Position numbers and translations under genes: made by a program. The notes below the pieces were generated by a model, which saw only the letters and a program-made list of their open reading frames with translations, was not told the origin of the DNA and searched no databases. DNA of 64,000 nucleotides from Candidatus Omnitrophota bacterium (GTDB taxonomy: Bacteria; Omnitrophota; Gorgyraeia; JABMRG01), in assembly GCA_042577545.1 (NCBI GenBank), contig JBHPDT010000002.1:1574-65573 (forward strand), written 5' to 3'. Positions 10,641 through 21,634 of this stretch are shown here, piece after piece (position 1 is the stretch's first letter; each line of letters starts with the position of its first letter).

Positions 10641-11959
10641 TACAGTATTGCTAAATACTTATCGAGCTCGTGCTTGGTCACCTGTTTTTTGTATTCGTTC
10701 CACTCATCCTTCTTATTGCGGATGAAGTATTCGAATACCTTATCACCAAGCGCCTTACGCACAAGCTTACTTTGCTCAGTTATCTTTACCGCGTCATAGA
10801 GATCATCTGGAAGAGATTCTATACCTACCATCTCTCTCTCCTCTGCGGTCATGCGATAGATATTGTTGGTAACTTGAGCTGGAAGTTTATATTTTTTCTT
10901 AATGCCCTCTAAGCCAGCTGCGAGCATAACACTGAAAGCGAGATATGGATTACACGCTGGGTCCGGATTTCTCATCTCAACGCGAGTTGCGTTCTCTTTG
11001 CCAGGTTTATACATCGGAACTCTTACTAAAGCAGAGCGATTGCGTTGCGCCCATGAAACATAGACAGGAGCCTCGTAACCTGGTATCAATCTCTTGTAAG
11101 AATTTACCCATTGACAACAGATTGAACAGATCTCGCGGGCATGCTTAAGTAGCCCCGCGGTAAAATACTTCGCGGTCTGTGAAAGATGATACTTATCATT
11201 CTTATCAAAAAACGCATTCCTCTTGCCTTTAAACAAAGACATATGAGTATGCATACCGCTTCCATTAATACCATATATCGGCTTTGGCATGAATGTAGCG
11301 TACATATTCTTCTGCATAGCAACCTCTTTAACAATCATCCGATACGCCATCACATTATCAGCCATCTTTAGGGCCTCATTATAACGCAGATCTATCTCAT
11401 GCTGGGATGAGGCAACCTCATGGTGCCAATATTCAACTTGAATCCCCATCTTCTCAAGAGCAAGTACTGTCTTTCTGCGAAGGTCCTGACCTATATCCAT
11501 AGGTGTCAGATCAAAATAGCCGCCGCGATCAAGTATCTCAGTGCCTTCTGAATTTCTAAAATAAAAATACTCTAGCTCTGGCCCGACATTAAATGTATAC
11601 CCGAGAGCCTTTGCCTCAGCCAAATTCTTCTTTAAGACATTCCTAGGATCGCCATCAAACGCCTTCCCGCCTGGCTCAACCACATTACAGAACATACAAG
11701 CAATGGGTCCTTCCTCTTGCTCAAAGGGAAGAATTCGGAACGTCTTGGTATCAGGTTTAACCACCATATCAGATTCTTCAATTCTCGAAAAACCCTCTAT
11801 AGATGAGCCATCAAATCCCATGCCATCAGCAAGAGCATGAGGAAGTTCTTCAACAGGAATATCAAAACTCTTTAAAAAACCAAGCACGTCTGTAAACCAT
11901 AAACGCACAAAAGCTATCTTCTTCTTCTTTACCAGCTTGAGTATCTCTTTGCTTGTCAT
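10640..11959 (-). CDS. glnA: Glutamine synthetase type I (copy 2)
   Basis: FDGSSI, GPELEY, HHEVA, FMPKP, NGSGMH, PGYEAP, NRSALVRVP. Start MTSKE follows a GGAG RBS; own TTGTTT-17-TATAAT promoter near 12003-12031. Confidence 0.95.
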   Translation of the reverse strand: MTSKEILKLVKKKKIAFVRLWFTDVLGFLKSFDIPVEELPHALADGMGFDGSSIEGFSRIEESDMVVKPDTKTFRILPFEQEEGPIACMFCNVVEPGGKAFDGDPRNVLKKNLAEAKALGYTFNVGPELEYFYFRNSEGTEILDRGGYFDLTPMDIGQDLRRKTVLALEKMGIQVEYWHHEVASSQHEIDLRYNEALKMADNVMAYRMIVKEVAMQKNMYATFMPKPIYGINGSGMHTHMSLFKGKRNAFFDKNDKYHLSQTAKYFTAGLLKHAREICSICCQWVNSYKRLIPGYEAPVYVSWAQRNRSALVRVPMYKPGKENATRVEMRNPDPACNPYLAFSVMLAAGLEGIKKKYKLPAQVTNNIYRMTAEEREMVGIESLPDDLYDAVKITEQSKLVRKALGDKVFEYFIRNKKDEWNEYKKQVTKHELDKYLAIL

Positions 11960-12034
11960 AGTAACACTCCTTGTATAAGGGTTATTATTAAAGTGGTATA
12001 GATTATATACAAACATGCCTAAAAAAACAAGTAA

Positions 12035-12230
12035 AATGTTCGCATAACTTATGGAGTAAGTGAAACGAACGAACATAAGTTATATGCAAACATTTTATCC
12101 AGTCCGCCACCTACGGTGGCGAGATCTCGCCTTTGGCGGAAAGGCGCGACGAAAAGGAGCGCCTGTGGGACCTCAAACTTAGGGTCAGACCTTAACATGT
12201 AGTTAACATAAGCAAGGTCTGACCCTAAAT
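12035..12230. repeat. Cluster of REP-like palindromes
   Basis: 12035-12094 CATAACTTATG...CATAAGTTAT; 12103-12140 TCCGCC...GGCGAGATCTCGCC...GGCGGA; 12181-12226 AGGGTCAGACCTT...AAGGTCTGACCCT. Confidence 0.7.
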
Positions 12231-12253
12231 AACAAAAAATATTTGTTTAGCAC

Positions 12254-12282
12254 TTGATATCAAATCAGTAACATAATATAAT
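12254..12282 (+). promoter_or_regulatory. sigma70 promoter of the pilin gene
   Basis: TTGATA-17 nt-TATAAT. Confidence 0.7.
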
Positions 12283-12303
12283 ATTATTAATAGAAGATAT
12301 ATT

Positions 12304-12776
12304 ATGAAAAAAAGTGCATTTACTCTTATTGAAGTTATAATTGTAGTGCTTCTCATCAGTATTCTGGCATGTCTATCTGCGCCGGCATATGATCGTGTAG
12401 TTACAACTGCTAAATTGGCTGGAATGCCAGTTGAAATCAGAGAGATTGAAACATATATACAAATTGCAGTGATTGAAGGGGGTAATTTTGCTACTATTTT
12501 AGCTCATTTGACTTTTACCTTCACACCAATTATAATAGCAAAAGTAAATATTTTAGGTATATGGGCATGAAGGGTGGGACATCTAAACCATATTACTGTT
12601 TTGTTATTTTTACCAAAGAGAGTGTATTGCCTGGTTGGGGGAACAAGCCTTTAGCCCTTAGAAGGTTATATTATGATATAAATACCGGTGATGCCACTGG
12701 AGAAAAAAATTGGGTAGTATATTCCAATCACCCGTGGTCTAAAAGTGTAAAATTATCAGATATCACTTATTATTAG
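12304..12776 (+). pseudogene. Type IV pilin/pseudopilin split by a frameshift
   Basis: Class III signal MKKSA-FTLIE plus hydrophobic helix. The frame of ORF 12561-12776 is open from 12486, so one extra base after 12485 would join both ORFs into about 157 aa. Confidence 0.7.
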
Positions 12777-12901
12777 CTAAAAAAATTGTTATGGTATTAC
12801 AGGATTACAGACGTTTCATAAATTGAGCTTCAGACGTTTTGTTTTTCATTCGGGGCACTGTACCTAAAACAAGCACGACGGTGTCCCTTATTCGCATAAT
12901 A

Positions 12902-15475
12902 TTACTTCAAAAAACATACGATCCTCTGCGATACCACATCCGACATTATCCTTAAACCATCGTCTTTGATATCATAGACACTTATTACATCTCCATGCTT
13001 AGCCGATTGACCCATAATTTGGGTAAATGTATTATTAAATTGCTTAAACAACCCATGGTTGAATAGGACATCCTCTTTTTCAGGAAAGAGCGCAATATAA
13101 AATATCTTCGTCTCTACAAGGTCCTGGAAAAAATGTGTCCCAAAAGAGAGTTCGGGCATAAGATTCCCGGCTGAAAAGGCGACCTCGGTCAGGGCTGCTA
13201 TATTATTTATTTCTGAAAAATTGACGGGCACGCCCAAAGAGGGTGTTGTCGTGCCCCATCTTCCAGGCCCCATAAGCAGAGTTGGCAGCTCTTCTCTATC
13301 TGTTATCTCTCTGTTAAGCGCTCCTATTGCGCGGGCGATTCCGTATTTGTCCGATAGACCGAGCTTGCTGTATTTTTCAGGATTAACATATATTATTCTC
13401 TTTATCCTCTGTGAGACATTACCCCCCAAGAAACATCCCTTCGATTTAAACAACATCTTCTCTCTGTCTATTTGCTGTGGTATCTCAACCTTATAGCCCA
13501 TGCCCCATGTCTGAAGGGGCCGGCACTGCAGGAGGTTTATCTTAAATATATTGTCTTTGGTAAAGTTTACTGTAAACTCTATCTCAACAGGATAATTGTA
13601 ACTTTTCTGAAGTGTCTCTAATATTTTTTTGAAGTAATCGGCAAAGGTGCCCTCATCAAACAGTTTATCAAAATCTAATATCCAGTATTCCTTCCCTTTT
13701 ATACCTCTGTCATTCATGGCTTGAATAGCTTCATAATCTTTTAGCGCTATACCCTTCATACCATTATAGGCCTTTTCGCTCATGAGTTTGGAAACCGCAA
13801 CTGTTCCAAATAAATTATTCTTTGTATCTATAAGATCGACATCATGCTGTGTAAATTTTCTTAAATCATCCTTCTCTGAATAGGGTCTGCGTAGAGGATT
13901 ATCGAGCGCGACCATTCGCGGATAATCACCCTCAACGCGGTTGACCGCTCTTGTACCGAGCCCAAAAACAAGCCTGAGCATTCCCGCCTCCGGGCTCATA
14001 TTCTCATTCCATACATACGTATTGTACGAAACCCCGACTCCGGCAAGATCGGGAAAGAAATAATCCTTATGATGCGCTCCTGAGACCCTCTGCACCAGAA
14101 GCGCCATCTGCTCATCTAACTTATCCAGGCCCCTCTGCTTCCTGTATACAAGCGCGTCTTCACTCATGGTGCTAGCGTAGATCTTTCTAACAGCCTCGGC
14201 AAACTGAATATATCTCTGCTCAGGACTGCCCTGGTTTGCCAGGAATATACTCTCGTATTTACCGGCAAACGCGTTTCCAAATCCATCCTCTAAAAGCGAG
14301 CTTGAACGTATTATTATGGGGGATGATCCAAAGTATTCTATTATCTGCTGAAAGTGCTCCATTATCTCATCCGGAAACGTTCCGTATAGTATCTTTTCTT
14401 TCAAAATCTTCGCGCTGCTGAAATATCCCTCATCTGTCTTCTGCTGCATGCGCACCTTCCACCACCGATTTTGGACAATATATGAATAGAATATATCCGA
14501 CCCTATGTAAAATGAATCGTGCGCCTCTGAAAGCCCCTGCCAATTGAGGGATCTATTCTGTGAAAGCATCTTTCTGGCAAGCAGCATACCGACAGTCTTT
14601 CCTCCTATAAAACCGGTACCTATAAGCCTGGATTTTGTATCTATTATCTCCTGGAGTGAGAAGTTGCTAAGCGCAAGAGACATGATCTTCTTATTCTTTG
14701 TGATTATGATATCGCACAGTCTCTTTGTCATATCTCTTATCTGAGTCTCAGAGGCATTGGCCTCAACCAACTCTTGGGCTTGGAGGAATAACCGGTCCCA
14801 GTAATCAAGATTTCTCTTGACGCCCTCTGCACCTTTCTCACGAATATAAGAGAGTATCTTGACGGCGTTGACGCTGTCGGCGATCGGAACAAACTCATTG
14901 CCCTCCCTCTGATGGGGAAGGAACATGGTTGGAGAATAACGGTTCCACACCTTCAGGGGATGTATATAGAAGCTGCCCTGACAATGGTAAACATCTATGA
15001 GCAGCTGTGTCGTCTCGCGTATCTGGGCTATGGATTTAAAAGAATGATTATTACGCAACATGGAAAAATACGTGAGGGTCTTTAGTTCATAAAGATAAGG
15101 GCACGTAACCGTGAAGAAGTTTCCTATCATAATATCACTGGCCCATGCTGAAAGGAGTTCCGACAGACAATCGAAGACATAATAGGCGCCTTCACCTTCC
15201 CGTGTAATAATATCATGTACCTTTGTTGTAAAGGATTCAAAACCGGCATAGGCATTGAGTTCATAGCGCTTGACCTCTTTAGAGGGCTTAAGCAGTTCTC
15301 TGTGTGAAGCAAACCGCACATATATAATCTTCTCCTTCTCCTTAAGCGCCTGCCTAGCAAAAGGCTCCACAAGTCCGATATAATCCTTTATATCATCTAT
15401 CTGCCAGACCACATTATCCCCAAGCCTCAGGCCTGTTATTACATCATCTAAACCTTTTATTCCCGTGCTTATCAT
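12902..15475 (-). CDS. PEP/pyruvate-binding (PPDK_N ATP-grasp) domain protein with a KaiC/RecA-like N-terminus
   Basis: MISTGIKGLDD N-terminus; IGGK, IIRSSSLLED...FAGKYES, VEIEF, LLQCRP, GPGRWG. No PEP-utiliser catalytic C-domain seen. Confidence 0.8.
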   Translation of the reverse strand: MISTGIKGLDDVITGLRLGDNVVWQIDDIKDYIGLVEPFARQALKEKEKIIYVRFASHRELLKPSKEVKRYELNAYAGFESFTTKVHDIITREGEGAYYVFDCLSELLSAWASDIMIGNFFTVTCPYLYELKTLTYFSMLRNNHSFKSIAQIRETTQLLIDVYHCQGSFYIHPLKVWNRYSPTMFLPHQREGNEFVPIADSVNAVKILSYIREKGAEGVKRNLDYWDRLFLQAQELVEANASETQIRDMTKRLCDIIITKNKKIMSLALSNFSLQEIIDTKSRLIGTGFIGGKTVGMLLARKMLSQNRSLNWQGLSEAHDSFYIGSDIFYSYIVQNRWWKVRMQQKTDEGYFSSAKILKEKILYGTFPDEIMEHFQQIIEYFGSSPIIIRSSSLLEDGFGNAFAGKYESIFLANQGSPEQRYIQFAEAVRKIYASTMSEDALVYRKQRGLDKLDEQMALLVQRVSGAHHKDYFFPDLAGVGVSYNTYVWNENMSPEAGMLRLVFGLGTRAVNRVEGDYPRMVALDNPLRRPYSEKDDLRKFTQHDVDLIDTKNNLFGTVAVSKLMSEKAYNGMKGIALKDYEAIQAMNDRGIKGKEYWILDFDKLFDEGTFADYFKKILETLQKSYNYPVEIEFTVNFTKDNIFKINLLQCRPLQTWGMGYKVEIPQQIDREKMLFKSKGCFLGGNVSQRIKRIIYVNPEKYSKLGLSDKYGIARAIGALNREITDREELPTLLMGPGRWGTTTPSLGVPVNFSEINNIAALTEVAFSAGNLMPELSFGTHFFQDLVETKIFYIALFPEKEDVLFNHGLFKQFNNTFTQIMGQSAKHGDVISVYDIKDDGLRIMSDVVSQRIVCFLK

Positions 15476-15512
15476 CTCAATAACCCTTTTGCCCCTATAT
15501 TTCCGGGAGGCT

Positions 15513-16958
15513 TTATATCAGCGGTAAATTGCTATTACCCATCAGATACCTGTCTATGTAATGGGCGCAGCTGCGGGCCTCTGATATGGCCCATACAACA
15601 AGTGACTGTCCGCGCCTCATATCACCGCAAGAGAACACTTTTTTAACAGACGTCATGTAATCTCTCCCTGTCTTTATATTGCCGCGCTCATCAAAAGCGA
15701 CCTTGAGATCAGTGAGCAGGCCTGAGTGTTCAGGATGTAAAAACCCCACAGCAAGAATAACCAGATCTGTCTCAATTTCAAACTCGCTTCCCGAAATCTC
15801 TCTTATAACAGGGCAGGCCTTTGCATCTTGTTGTGTAAACTCTGCCTTCACGCATGATAATTTCTTAACAACTCCCTTTTCTCCGATAAAACTCTTTGTC
15901 AAGACCGCCCAATGGCGCTCCCCTCCTTCTTCATGGCTGGAGGATACTTTTAATAGCAGAGGATATTGAGGCCATGGAAAGTCTGCGTTGCGACATTCCG
16001 AAGGTTTAGGCATAACCTCTATCTGCACAACACAAGAGGCCCCTTGCCTGTGTGCGGTTCCCACACAGTCAGCGCCTGTATCACCTCCTCCTATAACAAC
16101 GACCTTTTTTGACTTTGCGTCTATAATATCATTTGAGGCGATCTTCTCGCCACCGAGTCTCCTGTTTACCTGACAAAGGTAATCCATTGCAAAATATATG
16201 CCTTTTAGGCCTCTTCCCTCTATCTTAAGATCTCTCGGAACTCGGCAACCGCCTGCCAAACAGATCGCATCAAACTCATCCAGAAGTTTCTTAACCGCAT
16301 AATCTACTCCCACATCCACACCTGTATTAAAAACAACGCCTTCTTTTTTCCAGATATCAACACGTCTGTCTATAAGGTTTTTCTCAAGCTTAAAATCAGG
16401 GATACCATAACGCAATATCCCGCCTGGATTATTATCCCTCTCAAATACCACAACACTGTGGCCTGCTCTGTTAAGCTGTGCTGCGGCTGATAATCCCGCC
16501 GGGCCTGAGCCTACAACAGCCACCTTTTTTCCTGTCCTGTGCCTTGGCAGGTTCGGTTTAATCAAATCATTATTAAAAGCATACTCTACAACCGCAAGTT
16601 CATTTTCACGGATGGTCACAGCATCATCATTTATACCTAATACACACGAATATTCACATAGCGCTGGACATACCCGCCCTGTTATTTCAGGTAAGTTATT
16701 CGTGGCCTCAAGCAGGCTAATCGCCTCTTTCCATCTTCCGTTGAACATATAGTCGTTCCATTCGGGGATATAGTTTCCTATCGGACAGCTCCAATGACAA
16801 AACGGCGTAGCGCAGTCCATACATCGCGAGGCCTGCTCCTGTGATTGTTCCTGGGGATGTGGTTGACAGACATGCCTGAAATCCTGAATACGCTCACAGA
16901 TCCCTCTGTATTTTGCATCCTGTCTTGCGACCTTTAAAAAACCTCGCGGATTACCCAT
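15513..16958 (-). CDS. gltD: Glutamate synthase small subunit
   Basis: RCMDCATPFC, TGRVCP, GSGPAG, GGGDTG, GDMRRGQSLVVWAI; overlaps the gltB stop. Confidence 0.95.
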   Translation of the reverse strand: MGNPRGFLKVARQDAKYRGICERIQDFRHVCQPHPQEQSQEQASRCMDCATPFCHWSCPIGNYIPEWNDYMFNGRWKEAISLLEATNNLPEITGRVCPALCEYSCVLGINDDAVTIRENELAVVEYAFNNDLIKPNLPRHRTGKKVAVVGSGPAGLSAAAQLNRAGHSVVVFERDNNPGGILRYGIPDFKLEKNLIDRRVDIWKKEGVVFNTGVDVGVDYAVKKLLDEFDAICLAGGCRVPRDLKIEGRGLKGIYFAMDYLCQVNRRLGGEKIASNDIIDAKSKKVVVIGGGDTGADCVGTAHRQGASCVVQIEVMPKPSECRNADFPWPQYPLLLKVSSSHEEGGERHWAVLTKSFIGEKGVVKKLSCVKAEFTQQDAKACPVIREISGSEFEIETDLVILAVGFLHPEHSGLLTDLKVAFDERGNIKTGRDYMTSVKKVFSCGDMRRGQSLVVWAISEARSCAHYIDRYLMGNSNLPLI

Positions 16959-19900
16959 CAGACGCCTCCACTAAGTTGAGTTTCTCCTCAACCTTTATCC
17001 CTTCCAATATGCGCTTATACTCAATGGGTATAACCTTTACGAACTTCTTCAGTTCCTCATACATATTATCGATAATCCTTCTTGCCTTTTCACTCTGCGT
17101 ATATTTGAAATGGTTATGGAGTAGATGATATATTGTATCCTTGTCCTCTTCCTTTGCCTCCTCTAACTCAACCATATCCATATTACACCTGTCTTTGAAG
17201 GCGCTGCCTTCATCATAGACATAAGCTATTCCGCCTGACATGCCTGCAGCAAAATTCCTTCCTGTCTTTCCAAGGACAATTACCCTTCCGCCTGTCATAT
17301 ATTCACAACCATGATCACCAAGACCCTCGACAACGGCATAGAGTCCGGAGTTTCTGATACAGAACCGCTCACCTGCAATGCCGCGTATATATGCCTCCCC
17401 GGATATGGCCCCGTAAAAAGTGGTATTGCCGATAATTATATTTTCATCGGGCTTATAAGAGGCCTTCTTATCCGGATATATAATAATTTTCCCCCCGGAG
17501 ATGCCCTTGCCAACATAATCATTCGCCATACCCTCTAATTCAAAGGTAACGCCTTTTGCAAGAAAGGCGCCGAAACTCTGTCCGGCAATTCCCCTGAATT
17601 TAGTGCATATGGTATCTTCCAAAAGTACGCCGTCACCACACCTCCTCGATATCTCACCGCTTAACATAGCGCCTGTAGTCCTGTTTGTATTATTGATCTC
17701 TACTGAAATATTCGTCGGTTTATTCTCATTAAGGGCAGCTTCACACATCCCAATAAGCTTTTTATCAAAAACAGAATCCAGCTTGTTCTTCTGCGCGGAT
17801 ACGCAGTATCGCCTGACATCCTCAGGGAGATCCGGCTTATAGAGAATCTTTGAATAATCTATACCCTTTGCCTTTAAGGGGATGATATCGCTGTTTGCCT
17901 CAAGGAGATCTGTTCTTCCTATCATATCGTTTATATTTCTCATGCCCAGGCTTGCCATTATCTCGCGAAGTTCCTGAGCCACAAAATGAAAATAATTCAC
18001 AATATATTCCGGCCTTCCCTTAAATCGCTTCTGCAGGATCTTATCCTGTGTGGCAACGCCAATCGAGCAGTTATTTAAATGGCAGTGCCTTAGCATAACA
18101 CAGCCTATGGTGATAAGAACGGATGTGCAGAAACCATATTCTTCAGCACCTAACAAGGCAGCGATTGCAATATCACGACCCGTGCGCATTTGACCGTCGG
18201 CCTGTATGCGGACCCTTGAGCGAAGGTTATTGAGCATTAGTGTCTGATGCGTCTCAGAAAGCCCCAACTCCCACGGAAGCCCGGCGTATCTTATAGAGCT
18301 CCTGGGAGAAGCGCCCGTTCCCCCGTCTCCGCCGGAGATAAGGATCATGTCAGCATGGCCCTTGGCAACTCCGGCTGCGACAGTTCCAACCCCAGCCTCT
18401 GAAACAAGCTTTACGCTAACACGCGCCTGCGGATTAGCATTCTTAAGATCAAAGATAAGCTGAGCAAGGTCTTCTATAGAATATATATCATGGTGCGGAG
18501 GCGGCGATATCAGTGTGACACCCTGGGTAGTGTATCTGGTTCGCGCGATTATTTCACTCACCTTATGCCCTGGCAGTTGACCGCCCTCGCCTGGTTTAGC
18601 GCCCTGGGCAATCTTTATCTGTATCTCATCGGCATTGACAAGATAGTTTATAGTCACACCAAACCTTCCCGAGGCAACCTGCTTTATAGCACTCCTTCTT
18701 GAATCTCCATTGGGCAGTTTTATAAACCTGCTAGGATCTTCGCCACCCTCGCCGGTATTGGACTTTCCGCCTATCCTGTTCATAGCGATCGCGATCGTCT
18801 CATGCGCCGGGCTTGAAATTGAGCCAAAGCTCATGGCACCTGTTGCAAAGCGCTTCATGATATCTTCAACAGGCTCAACCTCGTTAATGGAGATAGTCTG
18901 CCTCTTGCCAGGTAAATCGCCTACGTCTTTAAACCTAAGCAGGCTCCTTAGTGTCGTAGGATTGGCTGACTGATCATTTATCATCTGGGAGAATTCCCTG
19001 TATCTATCATAGTCATTGTTGCGCGCGCAATCCTGCAAGGCTGCTATGCTCTCAGGATTCCAGAGATGAAACTCTCCATCCTTTTTCCATTGATAGACAC
19101 CGCCGCTTGTTAAACAGGTAGTTCCACCTTCTCTCTCGGGATATGCCTTGGCATGCCTTTTTATAGTCTCATCCGCTATTCCCTCAAGACTAACTCCCCC
19201 TATCCTGGATATAGTACCGGTAAAACACCTGCCTATAAGCTCATCATCCAATCCTAATGCCTCAAATATCTGTGCCCCACGGTAACTTCTAAGAGTAGAT
19301 ATACCCATCTTTGAGAGTATCTTCAATATGCCGTCCCCTATGGCCTTGTTAAAATTCTTCAAGGCGCTTTTTAAATCTAAATGGATCTCTTTATTCTCTA
19401 TAAGATATTCTATCGTCTCATGAGCGAGATAGGGGTTTACGCAGCCTGCGCCGTATCCGAAAAGGAGGGCAAAATGGTGCACCTCTCTGGGCTCCGCACT
19501 TTCAACTATTATTGCTACTTCAGAGCGTATGGTCTTTCTCACAAGGTGTTGATGAACAGCACTTGTGGCCAAAAGCGCCGGGAGGGCAATGTTATCTTTA
19601 TCAACGCCACGGTCGCTCAATATCACAAAAGAGTATCCCTGTTCAATGGCATACTCCGCTTCAAAACAGATCCTCTCTAATGCGCGCGAAAAACCTTCCT
19701 TGCCATTCTGTGAGTCAAAAAAAGTGTATATAGTCTTTGTCTTAAATCCGTTTATGCTTATATCACGTATCTTCTCAAGCTCTTCATCCGTCAATATAGG
19801 ATTTCTTACTCTAAGCTTATGGCTATGTTCTGGAGTCTCCTCCAAGATATTCTTCTCAGGACCTATGAAGCTCTCAAGACTCATCACAAGCCTTTCCCTA

Positions 19901-21504
19901 ATGGAGTCTATGGCAGGGTTGGTCACCTGGGCGAATAGCTGTTTAAAATAGCTATAGAGAATCTGGGGCTTTTTTGATAAAAAGGCATGGGGTATATCAC
20001 TGCCCATTGAGCCCACAGGCTCTTTGCCTTCCTGCGCCATCGGCTTGATAATCATATTAAGGTCTTCGCGCGAGTAACCAAAGGCCTTGAGAAGAGAGGT
20101 AATATCCTCAGATCTCTTATTGGCGCCTGCTGCGCTGATAAGCTTATCCAGGTCGACAATGTTCTTCTCATTCCATTCTCCGTATGGATAGCGGGCAGAT
20201 GCCCCCTTTTTTATCTCACTGTCTTCTATTATGCCTCCTGATTCGGTATCGATTAAAAAGATCTTGCCAGGTTCAAGCCTCCCGGAAATCTTGATATTTG
20301 CGGGATCTATATCAAGAACGCCAACCTCAGAGGCCATAACCACAAAATCGTCCTTAGTCACAATGTAGCGAGCCGGACGCAGACCGTTTCTGTCAAGTAC
20401 CGCACCAATATTCTTTCCGTCAGTAAAAGCTATAGCAGCTGGTCCATCCCACGGCTCCATGAAACAGGCGTGATATTTGTAAAAATCCTTGAGCTCTTTG
20501 CTCATAAAACTATTATGCTCCCAAGCCGCTGGAATAAGCATCATCATAGCGTGCTCAATTGATCTGCCGGATAAGACCAGAAGCTCTAAGACGTTATCAA
20601 TGACAGCTGAATCACTTCCTCCTTCAACAATAACAGGTTTTAGCTTTTCCATGTCTGTGCCAAATACTTCGCTTGTCATTATGCGCTCTCTGGCCCGCAC
20701 CCAATTTACATTGCCGCGCAATGTATTTATCTCCCCGTTATGGGCAAGAAAACGAAAAGGTTGAGCAAGATCCCATGTGGGAAAGGTATTGGTGCTGTAC
20801 CGAGAATGGACCAGGCAAAGAGAGCTCTGGATAGATTCATCCTTTAGGTCAGGAAAAAACTCCCTCAGTTGAGAGGGCATCAAAAGTCCCTTATAACTCA
20901 ACGTCCTGCAAGAGAGGTTTGTAATATAGAAAAAATATCTCTGCTCTATGGAAGATGACTTAACGCAATTTTCAATCTGTTTGCGAATAATATAAAGCTT
21001 TCTCTCAAATTGCAGCGTGTCTTTTAAGCCCTTACTTCTGCCTATGAATATCTGGCATATATACGGCATCATATCCCGCGCACCCTTACCGATGACCAAA
21101 CTGTTCACAGGAACTTTGCGCAAGCCCAAAAACTGCTGGCCTTCTTCATTGACGACCTTTCTAAACAGGTCTATGCAAGAGTTTCTATCTCTGTCATCTT
21201 GTGGAAGAAAAACCAATCCGGTTCCGTAAGATCCAGATTCGGGCAAGGAGATGTCTGCTTCTTTGCATTCTTTCAGCAAAAACTCATGCGGCATCTGGAT
21301 CAGTATGCCAGCGCCGTCTCCTGTCTGTGGATCAACCCCAACAGCGCCACGATGGCTTAGGCGCTCAAGCACCTCTATGCCTTTCTTTACTATATCGTAG
21401 GATCGCTTTGCGTTTATATTACAGACAAACCCGACACCGCAGCTATCATGCTCAAACCGCGGATCGTATAATCCCTGTTTTGTAGGTAAATGTTTGTATC
21501 TCAT
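16951..21504 (-). CDS. gltB: Glutamate synthase large subunit
   Basis: HDSCGVGF, HSRYSTNT, EPWDGPA, QVASGRFGV, GAKPGEGGQLPG, 3Fe-4S cysteines. Start likely MRYKH, since the upstream TTG lies in a repeat. Confidence 0.97.
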   Translation of the reverse strand: MRYKHLPTKQGLYDPRFEHDSCGVGFVCNINAKRSYDIVKKGIEVLERLSHRGAVGVDPQTGDGAGILIQMPHEFLLKECKEADISLPESGSYGTGLVFLPQDDRDRNSCIDLFRKVVNEEGQQFLGLRKVPVNSLVIGKGARDMMPYICQIFIGRSKGLKDTLQFERKLYIIRKQIENCVKSSSIEQRYFFYITNLSCRTLSYKGLLMPSQLREFFPDLKDESIQSSLCLVHSRYSTNTFPTWDLAQPFRFLAHNGEINTLRGNVNWVRARERIMTSEVFGTDMEKLKPVIVEGGSDSAVIDNVLELLVLSGRSIEHAMMMLIPAAWEHNSFMSKELKDFYKYHACFMEPWDGPAAIAFTDGKNIGAVLDRNGLRPARYIVTKDDFVVMASEVGVLDIDPANIKISGRLEPGKIFLIDTESGGIIEDSEIKKGASARYPYGEWNEKNIVDLDKLISAAGANKRSEDITSLLKAFGYSREDLNMIIKPMAQEGKEPVGSMGSDIPHAFLSKKPQILYSYFKQLFAQVTNPAIDSIRERLVMSLESFIGPEKNILEETPEHSHKLRVRNPILTDEELEKIRDISINGFKTKTIYTFFDSQNGKEGFSRALERICFEAEYAIEQGYSFVILSDRGVDKDNIALPALLATSAVHQHLVRKTIRSEVAIIVESAEPREVHHFALLFGYGAGCVNPYLAHETIEYLIENKEIHLDLKSALKNFNKAIGDGILKILSKMGISTLRSYRGAQIFEALGLDDELIGRCFTGTISRIGGVSLEGIADETIKRHAKAYPEREGGTTCLTSGGVYQWKKDGEFHLWNPESIAALQDCARNNDYDRYREFSQMINDQSANPTTLRSLLRFKDVGDLPGKRQTISINEVEPVEDIMKRFATGAMSFGSISSPAHETIAIAMNRIGGKSNTGEGGEDPSRFIKLPNGDSRRSAIKQVASGRFGVTINYLVNADEIQIKIAQGAKPGEGGQLPGHKVSEIIARTRYTTQGVTLISPPPHHDIYSIEDLAQLIFDLKNANPQARVSVKLVSEAGVGTVAAGVAKGHADMILISGGDGGTGASPRSSIRYAGLPWELGLSETHQTLMLNNLRSRVRIQADGQMRTGRDIAIAALLGAEEYGFCTSVLITIGCVMLRHCHLNNCSIGVATQDKILQKRFKGRPEYIVNYFHFVAQELREIMASLGMRNINDMIGRTDLLEANSDIIPLKAKGIDYSKILYKPDLPEDVRRYCVSAQKNKLDSVFDKKLIGMCEAALNENKPTNISVEINNTNRTTGAMLSGEISRRCGDGVLLEDTICTKFRGIAGQSFGAFLAKGVTFELEGMANDYVGKGISGGKIIIYPDKKASYKPDENIIIGNTTFYGAISGEAYIRGIAGERFCIRNSGLYAVVEGLGDHGCEYMTGGRVIVLGKTGRNFAAGMSGGIAYVYDEGSAFKDRCNMDMVELEEAKEEDKDTIYHLLHNHFKYTQSEKARRIIDNMYEELKKFVKVIPIEYKRILEGIKVEEKLNLVEASDG

Positions 21505-21523
21505 TTTGTATTCGTCATTGTAG

Positions 21524-21634
21524 CCCCGTATCAAATTTTGCTTATTTTTGGTACTGCTTATAAATTTGGTTCGGGGGCTTGCCCCGTATCAAATTTTGCT
21601 TATTTTTGGTACTGCTTATAAATTTGGTTCGGGG
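21524..21634. repeat. Tandem pair of 53-bp palindromic elements (CCCCG..CAAATTT-N-AAATTTGGTTCGGGG family)
   Basis: Two identical copies at 21524-21576 and 21582-21634; relatives at 27115-27166 and 44861-45033. Confidence 0.85.

Noticed and set aside
12478-12482. G5 run as the pilin phase-variation tract
   Set aside because: The run is short, and shifting into the downstream frame there meets TAA at 12483.
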